Part shown: one piece after another, positions 34,355-44,107 of the stretch
How the letters are laid out: every line of letters begins with the position of its first letter
Position numbering within the stretch: position 1 is the first letter of the stretch
NCBI GenBank assembly: GCA_965216785.1
Contig: OZ244197.1
Coordinates: 1,344,001 to 1,408,000, forward strand
Reading direction: 5' to 3'
Length of the DNA: 64,000 nucleotides
Source of the DNA: Thermodesulfobacteriota bacterium
Lineage (GTDB): Bacteria; Desulfobacterota_D; UBA1144; Nemesobacterales; UBA2774
The notes under the pieces: model-generated
What the model was told of the DNA's origin: nothing
Database searches by the model: none
Seen by the model: the letters and a program-made list of their open reading frames with translations, nothing else
Program-made: the position numbers and the translations under genes

Positions 34355-35212
34355 CTACTTTGGTTTATTTCCCGGCCACATAACCGCCCTCACGCTGCCC
34401 TCCAGGATCTGGGGCATTTTATAGTCGGGGTAGAGCGTCTTCATTTTTTTTACAGCCTCATCGATAGTTTCAGAATTATTAACCGTTTCCTGAAAATTGA
34501 GTAGATATTCCACAGCCCGATCTAGAATATCCGCGCCGCCCGCCGGCCCGTGCCCGGGATAGACTTTGGAAATAGGGCCGATAGCGCGGATTTCGCTTAG
34601 CTGCCCGAGCCATTTCTCGACATTGTTCTCTCCGACCCACATGTGAACGCCGCCGCTTGCCAGGTCGCCTACGAACAAAGTTTGTGAGGAAGGGATGTAA
34701 ACGACCGTATTTTCAACACTCTCGCCGCCTTTGAATATCCTGTAGGTAATTTGAACGTCCTCAAGTTTTAACTCTCCGTTTTGCAGCACTGTCAGATCAC
34801 TAAAAGCCTGCCGCTTATCGTCAGAGCCTGTCCAGTACTTAGAGGTATTCCTGACGCCCGCTATAGTCTCTGGGCCCCCGGTTATTTCGGCGCCCCCGAA
34901 CTCCTTTCCTATAAACTCAAGGCCGTAGTAGTGGTCCGGGTGAGGGTGAGTGATAATTATCCCGACCAGCTCTTTCCCGGTTGATTTGATTAACTCTCCG
35001 ACCTTCTTTCCCTCAGCCGGGGAAAACTGGGCGTCTATTAAAATCGCCTCATTCTCTCCAATAAGGATGTGGGAATTACTCATAAACCCTTCAGCAGGTG
35101 CTGCGTAGGTGATTACAGAGAATTCGGGTCCAGAATCGGTTTGAGCTTCCAGTGCCGCTGTAGAATAAGAGATAGCAGAAAATAAGAGAAAAACAGCTGC
35201 AAAGATAGGCAT
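34355..35212 (-). CDS. secreted metallo-beta-lactamase-fold protein
   Basis: THPHPDHYYG, GDL, PGHG; signal peptide; start uncertain. Confidence 0.88.
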   Translation of the reverse strand: MPIFAAVFLLFSAISYSTAALEAQTDSGPEFSVITYAAPAEGFMSNSHILIGENEAILIDAQFSPAEGKKVGELIKSTGKELVGIIITHPHPDHYYGLEFIGKEFGGAEITGGPETIAGVRNTSKYWTGSDDKRQAFSDLTVLQNGELKLEDVQITYRIFKGGESVENTVVYIPSSQTLFVGDLASGGVHMWVGENNVEKWLGQLSEIRAIGPISKVYPGHGPAGGADILDRAVEYLLNFQETVNNSETIDEAVKKMKTLYPDYKMPQILEGSVRAVMWPGNKPK

Positions 35213-35270
35213 AGCGTATCTATCTAAATTACACCTATCCTCACAGCAATATAGCCAACAGGTCAATGTT

Positions 35271-35624
35271 CTAGTTTACAAAAAGTACCCAGCCGGTTTG
35301 CTCGTTCCCCTGAACTTTACCAGCGATTTTCACATTAACTCTGTTGGGGTTTTGCTCAATCTTCATAAGACCATCCTGAAGCCCCTGGAGTACATAAACC
35401 TTGTCTCCACTCACTAATAAATGCTGATGTGGTGGTAATGTGTCACACGCATGAGTGGCGATTACCGGTTTGACTGTGCCTTTGGCATAATCCGGGATCA
35501 GGCAAATTACGTTCCCCTGTATAGTCGTGGTAGCTTCCTCATCAGCATAACTAGCTGTCCCAGCAAAAAGAACAAATGAACCTATAATCATCAAAGACAA
35601 AAACATTGTTTTAAATCCACGCAT
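35271..35624 (-). CDS. secreted hypothetical protein, possibly OB-like with Cys/His ligands
   Basis: SD TAGGAGG, signal peptide, GNVICL...HAC...HQH. Confidence 0.7.
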   Translation of the reverse strand: MRGFKTMFLSLMIIGSFVLFAGTASYADEEATTTIQGNVICLIPDYAKGTVKPVIATHACDTLPPHQHLLVSGDKVYVLQGLQDGLMKIEQNPNRVNVKIAGKVQGNEQTGWVLFVN

Positions 35625-35720
35625 AATTTAGCCTCCTAAAACTGTATTTTGTATGTTTAAGCGCTAAAAAAATTATTAGCAACTCTTAGGACTGACTCTG
35701 TTCCTGTACAAGCTGAAAAA

Positions 35721-36269
35721 TCATTTTTTTAGTACCGGATAACCTTCTATATAGATCCAATCGGTTTGCTTTGCCGGTACGTGACAGCCAAGGCAATCCT
35801 TTTTATAGTCCGTTGCCACATCCTTGGAAGGGTCCTTGGCGTAATAAAGAGCCCATCCCCATCCGTCCCCCCATTTCGGGTTGTCCGGGAACCTGCCTTT
35901 TTCGTCTTTCACCATGACGAACCACAGAACGATATCCTTGGCGTGGAGCACCCCCTTTCCCGTAGTCATATCCTGGACGCCTTCCGAGAGTACTTCTTTT
36001 ACCAACACCGCTCCGTCAGGGAATTTCCCGTTCTTTTTATAACTCTCGGCAACCCCGGGCTCGGTGTATACGTTGTGTATGCCGCTCTCCCTGTCCTCGG
36101 GGTGTACCCAGGAGCCCAGGTAAGTCCATTTTTCCCTAAAATCCGCCGGTCGGGTGATGTTGCCTTCAGAGTCCACATAAGGTGAGAATGATCCATTCTC
36201 ATCCGCCTGTGCGGAAATCATCAGTCCGAATGTAAATAAGGCTGCAAACATTAATAAAAAACTGTTCAT
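35721..36269 (-). CDS. cytochrome P460 family protein
   Basis: Signal peptide, HNVY, FPDGAVLVKE (cross-link Lys position), FVMVK, C-terminal CLGCH. Confidence 0.9.
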   Translation of the reverse strand: MNSFLLMFAALFTFGLMISAQADENGSFSPYVDSEGNITRPADFREKWTYLGSWVHPEDRESGIHNVYTEPGVAESYKKNGKFPDGAVLVKEVLSEGVQDMTTGKGVLHAKDIVLWFVMVKDEKGRFPDNPKWGDGWGWALYYAKDPSKDVATDYKKDCLGCHVPAKQTDWIYIEGYPVLKK

Positions 36270-36315
36270 GTACGACTCCCTTTATTTGTTTTGATTTCAC
36301 CGCCCGCACAACCGA

Positions 36316-36945
36316 TCACCTGCACGGACGCATTGCGCGCGCGTGGAGAGCGTGGATCTTTTTACTGCTGTTGAGCACGAGGCCGTCGAAAAAATTCACG
36401 GTCCAGGCATTTTGTGTAATGATTACGCTTGGAGTAGAAGTCCAGTAGTAGGTCGTTGCCATTTCTCCGTGAACACTGCTCGCTGGACGAAACGAGCCGT
36501 AGTCCACGATGCTCTGCAGCTCCTTTACATCCGGTATACACCAGTCTCTGTGTCCGGTGAAACCACATTTCTCACCTTTAGCGCAGTCTTCGTCGCTTTT
36601 ACACTCTGTTGCGCCTTCTCCCTCGCACGTGCTGTTAAGCGCTCTCAGAAAAACCTCAAACAGAGTGCCGTCGGGCTCTGAATCACTTTCCTCTCTCTGC
36701 GTCCATGTATATGTGTTGTCCACGTCGTGGACGCTTTCATCGTCTGTTTTAATCTCCCAGACAATCTTCGTTTTCTCATCCGTAAACGTTCCGTCTCCGT
36801 TGTCCTTGTAATGCTCCGCCGGGCCGTACCTTTCCAAGCCAAACGCATCTGGGATGAAAAACCCGGAGTAAAGAAAGTGACACACCGAAATGCAGATTAA
36901 GCCTAAAAAAAGCGGCAGCGATATTTTAAAAGAAAGCTTCTTCAT
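36316..36945 (-). CDS. Lcl/DUF1566 domain secreted protein with a Cys-rich insertion
   Basis: DNGDGT..D..T..VW, DW.IP.VKEL.SIVD, YWTST, AW.VNF. Confidence 0.85.
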   Translation of the reverse strand: MKKLSFKISLPLFLGLICISVCHFLYSGFFIPDAFGLERYGPAEHYKDNGDGTFTDEKTKIVWEIKTDDESVHDVDNTYTWTQREESDSEPDGTLFEVFLRALNSTCEGEGATECKSDEDCAKGEKCGFTGHRDWCIPDVKELQSIVDYGSFRPASSVHGEMATTYYWTSTPSVIITQNAWTVNFFDGLVLNSSKKIHALHARAMRPCR

Positions 36946-37058
36946 TTAGCTCCTACTCCTCAAAAGTGGATAGGCGGCAATGAATCGCCTCGCAAATAAC
37001 CCACCTGAAAAGGAGATTTAATTACCCGGTAATAGCTGTGTCTGCGGTAATCATGCCT

Positions 37059-37670
37059 CTATTTCTTTTTCACTGCCGCCTTTGCCGCTCTTAGAACAGG
37101 ATAGAATTGTGTGAATACCCAGTCCTCACCCGCAGTTGCCTGATGACAGGCGTTGCAAGACGCCGTTGGCTGCAATTTGCCGGATTCGGGGTAGGGAGGC
37201 GGTTTATGGCTGAATGAGAAATACACCCAGTTCCCGGGCTCGTCGGGATAGCGTTTTTTACTTTTATACGCGGCTTCGAGTCCGATGAAATCACCTTCAA
37301 AAAAGCCGTTTCCGCTAGAGGCTTTTGTTGCCCCAACGCTCACAAGCTCCTTAATCAGCAGAGTCCCTTCGGGGAATTCCCCTGTTTTTGAATAATGATC
37401 AAAGCTATTTGGGTCCATGTAGACATTGTGAAACTCTGGGAAGGGCGCTTCGGGCGGATTGAGCGAGTTCGGAGTAACGGGAGTGCCTACGTATATCCAC
37501 TTCCTCCACTCATAATCCTTGGGCTGAATCAGATTCCCATCCTTATCGAACTTGGCGTGTTCTTTAGCCTCCGCTTGAGGCTGGGCAAGAATCATCATGC
37601 TAAGAAGAAGTATTAAGGACGCGCATGCCAGTACGCTTACAAACAAATACTTTGATCTCAAATTTAACAT
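37059..37670 (-). CDS. cytochrome P460 family protein (second copy)
   Basis: W.YVGT..TP, EFHNVY, FPEGTLLIKE, GNW.YF.F, CNACH, VFTQFYPVL. Confidence 0.9.
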   Translation of the reverse strand: MLNLRSKYLFVSVLACASLILLLSMMILAQPQAEAKEHAKFDKDGNLIQPKDYEWRKWIYVGTPVTPNSLNPPEAPFPEFHNVYMDPNSFDHYSKTGEFPEGTLLIKELVSVGATKASSGNGFFEGDFIGLEAAYKSKKRYPDEPGNWVYFSFSHKPPPYPESGKLQPTASCNACHQATAGEDWVFTQFYPVLRAAKAAVKKK

Positions 37671-37955
37671 CTGACACCTCCTAAAAAAGATTTTTTAGAA
37701 AATCTTATTTGACGGTGAGTATCAAACCTAAATCCAGTATTTATACAAAGTATCTACATTCCGATTCGAATTTTAGTTTCTATTGAAATAGTGTTAGAGA
37801 CTCGTAAGAGCAGAGCTTGAAAACCGACCTAGAAATTGAGACCCGCCGTGGCTCAAATTCTTAGCTCTCCTTAATATTAGGATCACTAACTAATTTTGAC
37901 GATAACATATTGACATATTCAAATCAAGGGTTTTTAAATAGTGATGGGGAATTAT

Positions 37956-37987
37956 AAAAAAGGGGCGAAAGTCCCGCGCCCCTTTTT
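37956..37987 (-). terminator. intrinsic terminator
   Basis: AAAAAAGGGGCG...CGCCCCTTTTT. Confidence 0.8.
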
Positions 37988-38052
37988 GTAGTCGATTGCT
38001 CTCTTGATAAACGCGCCGAATCGCGGAAAGCCCGCGCCGAACCCCGGCAGGA

Positions 38053-38406
38053 TTATTTTGCTACGGTGATCTGCGCTTTCATATTCGGATGATAGCGGCA
38101 GAAATATGTTTCATACATGCCTTTTTTAACAACTGTCTGCCACTTTCCTTCCGCCTCGATGAGTCCCGAGTCCCAGCTCTCGTCATCGGCTGTCACCGTA
38201 TGCGGGATAAAATCGTAGTTTATCCATGTGATTGTGTCGCCGGGCGTTACGGTCAGCTCCTTGGGAGAGAACTCCAGGTTTCGTATCTCGACCACGTGCT
38301 CCTTTGCTACGGAGTCACCAGCCGCAGGGGGCTGGACGGGCATTGATAATAGGACTGCGGCCGCAATCGCAACCACAGTCCTAAGTGAGGATGATAGTAT
38401 GCTCAT
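38053..38406 (-). CDS. cupredoxin (plastocyanin/amicyanin-like)
   Basis: F.P..L.V..GDTITW.N...PHTVT and YFCRYHPNM type-1 copper ligands. Confidence 0.92.
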   Translation of the reverse strand: MSILSSSLRTVVAIAAAVLLSMPVQPPAAGDSVAKEHVVEIRNLEFSPKELTVTPGDTITWINYDFIPHTVTADDESWDSGLIEAEGKWQTVVKKGMYETYFCRYHPNMKAQITVAK

Positions 38407-38407
38407 T

Positions 38408-38968
38408 TTATTTGTTGACCGCATCGACCATATTCTGGGCATGCTGCTCGTGGCTTTTGAAGATTACGATAGCCTGACCGAAGAGCTCTTTCATCTGAGG
38501 GTTTTGAATGTTGGGGATGAACGTGCCCTCAACTAAAGAGTTAACGGCCTGATGGTAGGCAAGCTCGTTCTCCGCATATCTCTTATCGAACTCAGCTCCA
38601 CTCAAAGCGCTCATCTCTTCTACAAGCTGGTCAGCCTGCTTGTTCAGGTTCTGGCTCAAGAAGTTGTCCTGAGGCTGTGCGCCCAGTTTCTGTAAAAGCG
38701 CGAGGGCCTGCTCGTTAACGCCGGTGTGGTCGCGCACCATGGTCTCGGCAAACTCTATCACGACCGGGTTCTTTGACTTAGCCAGCGCCAAATGCGCGTA
38801 GCGGATGTCGATGTTGTCCGCCGTATAGGCTACGTGCGCTATCTCAAGGTCGTTAAGGTCCGCAGGGGACGGAGCCTTGTCGGCCGATGCAGAGATGGAA
38901 GCTGCGGCAAAGATAATAGCCACTGCCAAGAAAGCGAAAACTGATCTAATAATAGTTTTCTTACTCAT
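38408..38968 (-). CDS. DUF4142 ferritin-like periplasmic protein
   Basis: Signal peptide, FAETMVRDH, GAEFDKRY, YH, H.QHA. Confidence 0.9.
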   Translation of the reverse strand: MSKKTIIRSVFAFLAVAIIFAAASISASADKAPSPADLNDLEIAHVAYTADNIDIRYAHLALAKSKNPVVIEFAETMVRDHTGVNEQALALLQKLGAQPQDNFLSQNLNKQADQLVEEMSALSGAEFDKRYAENELAYHQAVNSLVEGTFIPNIQNPQMKELFGQAIVIFKSHEQHAQNMVDAVNK

Positions 38969-39025
38969 AGTTGTTACTACCTCCTAAGTGTTATTGGTTA
39001 AACAACTTGATGTCGTACCAAAATA

Positions 39026-39487
39026 TCAGAGATCCGCCGGGTTTTTGTCTTTAATTCCTGGCCAGTTCTGATCGGCTTTGACGATGTTTCCGGGGATGTC
39101 TTCAAACCACATTTTCTGAATGTTTCTGTCTAGGTTCAAGTAGAGCTTACCGTCAACTATCTTCCAGACTTCGGGGTCGCCTACGAACTTCTTATTGACT
39201 GAAACACCGAAAGCGCAGTATCCGCCGTACGCGGGGAGATACTTCTCCGGGTTCTTCTCAAACGCCTTTTTATTTTCCTCGTTTGCGAAAAGGTAAGTAA
39301 CACCGTCTACGACCACGAGGTTGTTGCCGTCGCCCCTCACTGGTTTTCCTTCCGTGTGGTAGGAAACGAGGTCGTATCCGAGCACGCCCGTGGTGCTAGT
39401 TTCAACGCCCGCTGCAAATGAGTCAGCGGCCCAAAAGCTAACTGCTACTACAAATACCGTTAATATTAAAGATTTGATTCTGTTCAT
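39026..39487 (-). CDS. YHS-domain (seleno)protein family member, Cys form
   Basis: GYD.VSY, F...P.KY.P.YGGYCAFG, IVDGKLYLN, A..NW. Confidence 0.9.
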   Translation of the reverse strand: MNRIKSLILTVFVVAVSFWAADSFAAGVETSTTGVLGYDLVSYHTEGKPVRGDGNNLVVVDGVTYLFANEENKKAFEKNPEKYLPAYGGYCAFGVSVNKKFVGDPEVWKIVDGKLYLNLDRNIQKMWFEDIPGNIVKADQNWPGIKDKNPADL

Positions 39488-39551
39488 GATAATCTCCTTA
39501 TAAGTTTATTTTTCGGAGAGGTTTACTCCCCTATACCTTTTAAATCTCTAC

Positions 39552-40061
39552 TTACACATATCTGATGTGGTACTTCTCTGAGAGCGCATCGATTTGTTCC
39601 TGAGTGGGCTCGCCTTTTGCGTAAAGTGCGGCCATCTCGACGAAGTAGTTATCGAACTGCCCCGGCAGTATGGTGTCTATAACGATGCTAGGCTTGTCGC
39701 CTACGTTTGTGAAGCCGTGGGATATCCCGCGCGGCAACAGCGCCGTAACGCCCGGAACCGCAAGCATGGTCTGATCGCCGAGGGATACCTCGATCTCGCC
39801 CTCGAGCACGTACACGAGCTCGTCTTCGTTCTCGTGTACGTGGGAAAGGACTCCCTTGCCCGGAGGGGTTACGATCTGGATCACCGAAAATACGTTATTG
39901 GTATCCTGGCTCTTCACCTTGTGTATGAAGTCGCCGCCCGCTATGTTTAGCACGTCGCCGCCGTCCGGTACTACAATGATGGGGTCCTGCGTGAAGGAGT
40001 TTCCTTCCCCGTCTACAAAGTAGACGCTGTCCTTTGCTTCAGCTGGATTGTTTACTGACAT
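39552..40061 (-). CDS. cupin domain protein
   Basis: HVHENEDE..YVLEG and PRG..HGF; SD AGGAGGT. Confidence 0.9.
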   Translation of the reverse strand: MSVNNPAEAKDSVYFVDGEGNSFTQDPIIVVPDGGDVLNIAGGDFIHKVKSQDTNNVFSVIQIVTPPGKGVLSHVHENEDELVYVLEGEIEVSLGDQTMLAVPGVTALLPRGISHGFTNVGDKPSIVIDTILPGQFDNYFVEMAALYAKGEPTQEQIDALSEKYHIRYV

Positions 40062-40130
40062 GTTTATCACCTCCTAGTGATAATTTATGACGTTTGGATT
40101 TTGAGATCGTCATAATCATGCCCTCTATAA

Positions 40131-40148
40131 GTACAAGAGCCGTGCCAA
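40131..40148 (-). promoter_or_regulatory. sigma-54 promoter of the cupin-YHS-DUF4142-cupredoxin operon
   Basis: TTGGCAC-GGCTC-TTGT; the -12 element is a GT variant. Confidence 0.6.
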
Positions 40149-40305
40149 GAGGCGCGCGGTTTGTGAAAAGCGGGTGTAACACCCCTTCATCATTCAGTAT
40201 TGTGTCGGTCCGGAGGTGAGTCTGCCAAGCTGAGGTACACGGTGGCCGTTACGGAATATCACAACGTACCGATATGCCACGACTTGGCGGGTGGGTGGAG
40301 GGAAA

Positions 40306-40548
40306 GCAGGATAAAATAAAGATAGCGATTGCCGGAGAGATCCAGAATCAAGTTCAGGACATGGTCCGGGATGACAAGTAGTGCTGGTGCCCGGGGCCGG
40401 ACTCGAAGCGGCGGGGGGCAGAGGCGAGCGCTTTATAGCGATGCCTGCAGGATAAAATAAAGATAGCGATTGCCGGAGAGATCCCGAATCAAGTTCAGGA
40501 CATGGTCCGGGATGACAAGTGGTGCTGGTGCCCGGGGCCGGACTCGAA
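40306..40548. repeat. 102-bp tandem duplication of the tRNA-Leu 3' end plus a downstream REP-like palindrome
   Basis: 40306-40407 versus 40447-40548, two mismatches, 39-bp spacer. Confidence 0.95.
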
Positions 40549-40612
40549 CCGGCACGAGCGTGAACTCGAGGGATTTTAAGTCCCTTGCGTCTACCAATTC
40601 CGCCACCCGGGC
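40526..40612 (-). tRNA. tRNA-Leu(TAA)
   Basis: GCCCGGGTGGCGGAATTGGTAGACGC...CT TAA AA...long variable arm...CACCA. Confidence 0.98.
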
Positions 40613-40756
40613 ACAGTAGGGCGGGCTCACTATTATAAAAACAAGAAAGAATAATAGCGGGAAGATTTGTATTTTACAGTTTTTACAGAGTCATTCAATA
40701 GCGGGCGGCTCATTACTTAAGAGAAATGATTGTTTAATTCCAGGGATCGGCAGAAT

Positions 40757-41107
40757 TTACAAATCACTTTTCATCTCTTCTATCTCTTTATTAAGGAAAT
40801 AGGACAATATGGTTCTTATAACTACGATACCGCCTAGAAAAATAAGCTCTTCCGTTGTTTGATGCAGAACCGTTTTTATTATATCGGCGACTATCATTAT
40901 TTCTAAACCCAGCAAAAGATAACTGCCCAAAAAACACCTGATAGTTTTTATATCAGAGCTGCTAAGAGTTTTATTCCTTATCCTCAGCGCAAAATAGTCA
41001 TACATTGCTTTTATGAAACCCCATAAAATAAATAATATCGCTACTATATCTATAATCTCTGTTACCGGAGTAAAGATAGATACGATGAATTCTTCAAAAT
41101 GAAGCAT
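40757..41107 (-). CDS. DUF1622 membrane protein
   Basis: LLLGLE...ADII.T and IRT.LSYFL.KE. Confidence 0.9.
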   Translation of the reverse strand: MLHFEEFIVSIFTPVTEIIDIVAILFILWGFIKAMYDYFALRIRNKTLSSSDIKTIRCFLGSYLLLGLEIMIVADIIKTVLHQTTEELIFLGGIVVIRTILSYFLNKEIEEMKSDL

Positions 41108-41455
41108 GTGTGCCCCCCTGATAATTATTTATTTTCATATCCTGAAGCGAAAGCCCCGGAGTCCTTTCTCTAACCACATTGATATCATCTAATTTACTTT
41201 ACTCCGATTGCTATTAAAAACTTTGAGGCTTATATGACCTACTACTTTAGACTTCGTATGACGAAATAAGTAGCGTCCGCCTGCCCCTGCTTATTACCCC
41301 AGTATCTCCAAAATATAAAATTCACCAAATATCGTGGATTCACTAAATATCCAAGATACCTCTAACTCACCAAAATTGTAGAGAACCCCTCCGGAATTAA
41401 GCATTATCACGTCATTCTAGAGGCTTAGAGCCCTCTTCGCTCATCAGAGGAGCCG

Positions 41456-41471
41456 TGGCACGCGCGTTGCA
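41456..41471 (+). promoter_or_regulatory. sigma-54 promoter of the hydrolase operon
   Basis: TGGCAC-GCGCG-TTGCA. Confidence 0.8.
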
Positions 41472-41509
41472 CTTAAGGGGCGTATCAAAAAAATTCAGGA
41501 GGCAGTAAC

Positions 41510-42487
41510 ATGACTTACATTATGAGACAAACGGTTTTAGTTTTATTCGCCATTGTGATGATAGGGCAAGCGGCGGCATTCGCGGGAGAGCAGACAGCAC
41601 CTCCCACTCAGACCCTTCATAAGACGGTGAAGATAGACGGGCTGGACATATTCTACAGGGAAGCGGGCCCTAAGGACGCACCGACGATCCTTCTGCTGCA
41701 CGGGTTCCCTACTTCATCGCATATGTTCAGGAACCTTATCCCGGCCCTTTCGGACAAGTACCACGTGGTGGCTCCGGATTACCCCGGATACGGGTTCAGC
41801 TCTATGCCCACGGTGGACGAGTTTGACTACACTTTCGACAACTTGGCCGCGGTAATGGAAAAGTTTATAGATAAGCTCGGGCTGGATAGCTACAGCCTTT
41901 ACCTTCAGGACTACGGCGCGCCGGTAGGTTTCCGCATCGCCGCGAAGAGTCCTGAGAAGGTGGAAGCGCTTATCGTCCAGAACGGAAACGCCTACGAAGA
42001 GGGGCTGCGCGAGTTCTGGGTTCCGCTGAGAGCCTACTGGAAGGACCGCTCGGAAAAGAACGCCGCTGTGCTAAGAGAGTTCCTTACACTCGATACTACC
42101 AAGTGGCAGTACACCCACGGCGTCAGGAACGTCGAGACGATAAGCCCCGACAACTGGGGGCACGTACAACCGCTGCTTGACCGCCCGGGCAACCAGGAGA
42201 TACAGCTTGCGCTATTTTACAGCTACGGCTCAAACCCTCCGCTCTATCCCGACTGGCAGGCGTACATGAGAAAGCACCAGCCCCCGACGCTGATCGTATG
42301 GGGTAAGAACGACTACATATTCCCGGCTGAGGGCGCATATCCCTACAAGCGGGACCTTAAGAACGTTGACTTCAATATACTCGACACCGGGCACTTTGCC
42401 CTGGAAGAGGACCTTGAGGTCATTACAGGGCACATTCGGAGATTTATGTCTGAGAACGTAAACAAAAACTCCTCTGCCAAAAAATAG
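41510..42487 (+). CDS. secreted alpha/beta hydrolase (epoxide hydrolase/dehalogenase-like)
   Basis: [13 protein letters not shown] nucleophile elbow, TGHFALE; signal peptide. Confidence 0.92.
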   Translation: MTYIMRQTVLVLFAIVMIGQAAAFAGEQTAPPTQTLHKTVKIDGLDIFYREAGPKDAPTILLLHGFPTSSHMFRNLIPALSDKYHVVAPDYPGYGFSSMPTVDEFDYTFDNLAAVMEKFIDKLGLDSYSLYLQDYGAPVGFRIAAKSPEKVEALIVQNGNAYEEGLREFWVPLRAYWKDRSEKNAAVLREFLTLDTTKWQYTHGVRNVETISPDNWGHVQPLLDRPGNQEIQLALFYSYGSNPPLYPDWQAYMRKHQPPTLIVWGKNDYIFPAEGAYPYKRDLKNVDFNILDTGHFALEEDLEVITGHIRRFMSENVNKNSSAKK

Positions 42488-42605
42488 TTTCCAACTAAAA
42501 GACAGAACGAGCAGGCCGCGCTCTGAAAATGGCGCGGTCTGCGTTTCTTATGACAAACAGGCTCTGCTTACAGGGGCTAAATCACATAAAACGGAGGTAT
42601 TCAAA

Positions 42606-43277
42606 ATGGCATTACCCGATCCCGGAGTAAAAGTAGATAAGACTAATACGGCACTGCTGATTACGGACCCGCAGAACGATTTCCTCAGCCCCGAGGGGGT
42701 TACGTGGGGAGTCGTCGGCGAGAGCGTCACGGAGAACAATACGGTCTCGAACCTTGAGCAGCTCTTTAAGACGGCTAAGAAAAGGGGCATCCCGGTATTC
42801 ATCTCTCCTCACTATTATTACCCGACAGACCACGGGTGGAAGTTTGAGGGAGCGCTCGAGAGACTGATGCACTATTTAGGTATGTTCGACAGAAAAGGCC
42901 CTCTCAGTCTGGAGGATTTCGAGGGCTCGGGGGCCGATTGGCTTGAGCGCTACAAAGGCTATATAAACGACGGGGAAACAGTAGTTTGCAGCCCGCACAA
43001 GGTTTACGGCCCTGAGACAAACGACGTCGTTCTACAGCTCAGGAAGCGCGGCATCGGAAGAGTGGTACTGGCCGGGATGTCGGCAAACCTGTGCGTAGAG
43101 TCGCACCTGAGGGAGCTGCTTGAGACAGGGTTTGAGGTCGCGGTTGTAAAGGACGCCACCGCGGCGGCCAAGGTGCCCGAAGGCGACGGCTATGAGGCCG
43201 CTCTTACGAATTTCCGCTTTCTCGCCGGAACCGTCTGGACTACGAAAGAAGCCGTAAGGCACATGAATAAAAGCTGA
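42606..43277 (+). CDS. isochorismatase-family cysteine hydrolase
   Basis: TALLITDPQNDF, HK, AGMSANLCVESH, V.DATA. Confidence 0.92.
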   Translation: MALPDPGVKVDKTNTALLITDPQNDFLSPEGVTWGVVGESVTENNTVSNLEQLFKTAKKRGIPVFISPHYYYPTDHGWKFEGALERLMHYLGMFDRKGPLSLEDFEGSGADWLERYKGYINDGETVVCSPHKVYGPETNDVVLQLRKRGIGRVVLAGMSANLCVESHLRELLETGFEVAVVKDATAAAKVPEGDGYEAALTNFRFLAGTVWTTKEAVRHMNKS

Positions 43278-43351
43278 TATCTGCGGCTCTTAAATAATTT
43301 CTCTAAATCCAACCAAACACCGTCCCGGCTCTTTGGAATTATTAACAGGTT

Positions 43352-43936
43352 CTATGCCGGGGCGGGTTCCGTAAGTACCTTTTCAATATTTTTAAGCGCT
43401 TCCCTAAACGGCTTTGTCGAGCCGATTCCTCTTGAGAGCACTAGTCCTCCTTGAAGCAGAGTCAAAGCGTTTACGGCTCTTGACTGAGCTTCCTCTTTAC
43501 TAACCCCATTTTCCTCCAAAACGCCAGCAATCGTGCTTATTAATGTCTTGAAACCGTTCTTTATAGATTTGGCGAACGGCCCCTTATCTATAGTGGGATG
43601 AGAGAGCATGTTCAGCAGGCAGGACTCGTTTCCGCCAGCGTAGAGGTTGTTAAGCTCCTTTACGAGGTGCTTGATTTTCTTGTCGGGAGTGAGCTTGCCG
43701 TCTTTACTCCTTAGGGGCTCAATTATGTTCTCGGCTATCCACGCGTCGGCAAAGTCCAGCACCGATTGGGCCATCTCTTCCTTGCCACCGGGAAAGCGGT
43801 GGTATAGGCTTGCTTTCTGAAGCCCCGTTACCTCGGCGAGCACGGTCATCGACGCCCCTTCGTATCCGTAGTTCCTGAACACCTTGGCCAGTCTCTCCAT
43901 GAGTTCCTGATCGCTTACTTTCGCAGTTCGAGCCAC
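43352..43936 (-). CDS. TetR family repressor (LmrA/YxaF/NemR-like)
   Basis: F...GYEGASM..LA..TGL.KASLYH.FPGGKEE HTH; ESCLL Cys motif. Confidence 0.92.
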   Translation of the reverse strand: MARTAKVSDQELMERLAKVFRNYGYEGASMTVLAEVTGLQKASLYHRFPGGKEEMAQSVLDFADAWIAENIIEPLRSKDGKLTPDKKIKHLVKELNNLYAGGNESCLLNMLSHPTIDKGPFAKSIKNGFKTLISTIAGVLEENGVSKEEAQSRAVNALTLLQGGLVLSRGIGSTKPFREALKNIEKVLTEPAPA

Positions 43937-43953
43937 ATGAGCCTCCTATTCTT

Positions 43954-43969
43954 TACTGAACATTCGTTA
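43954..43969. promoter_or_regulatory. secondary TetR operator over the tetR promoter
   Basis: TACTGAACATTCGTTA, 13/16 match to the perfect palindrome at 44062. Confidence 0.65.
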
Positions 43970-44027
43970 TAATGTACCTGTAATCACTCATAAATAAATA
44001 ATTTTTACAAACTACTGAAAAAAACTA

Positions 44028-44077
44028 TTGACAAACTATTTGTATTTCACTACAATAATTATACCGAACGTTCGGTA
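44028..44077 (+). promoter_or_regulatory. sigma-70 promoter with a perfect 16-bp palindromic operator over the start site
   Basis: TTGACA(44028)-17-TACAAT(44051); TACCGAACGTTCGGTA at 44062-44077. Confidence 0.85.
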
Positions 44078-44107
44078 ATTATCAAGTAGAGTTAAGGAGG
44101 TTTCAGA

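Noticed and set aside
36316-36500. DUF1566 C-terminus as a diversity-generating retroelement target
   Set aside because: No template repeat differing at adenines and no reverse transcriptase in the window; a remote DGR cannot be excluded.
39026-39487. Selenoprotein recoding in the YHS protein
   Set aside because: The GGYC position is a Cys codon and the frame is uninterrupted.
33016-40612. Prophage or integrative element between tRNA-Cys and tRNA-Leu
   Set aside because: No integrase or phage genes, and no distant duplicate of the tRNA-Cys 3' end was seen.
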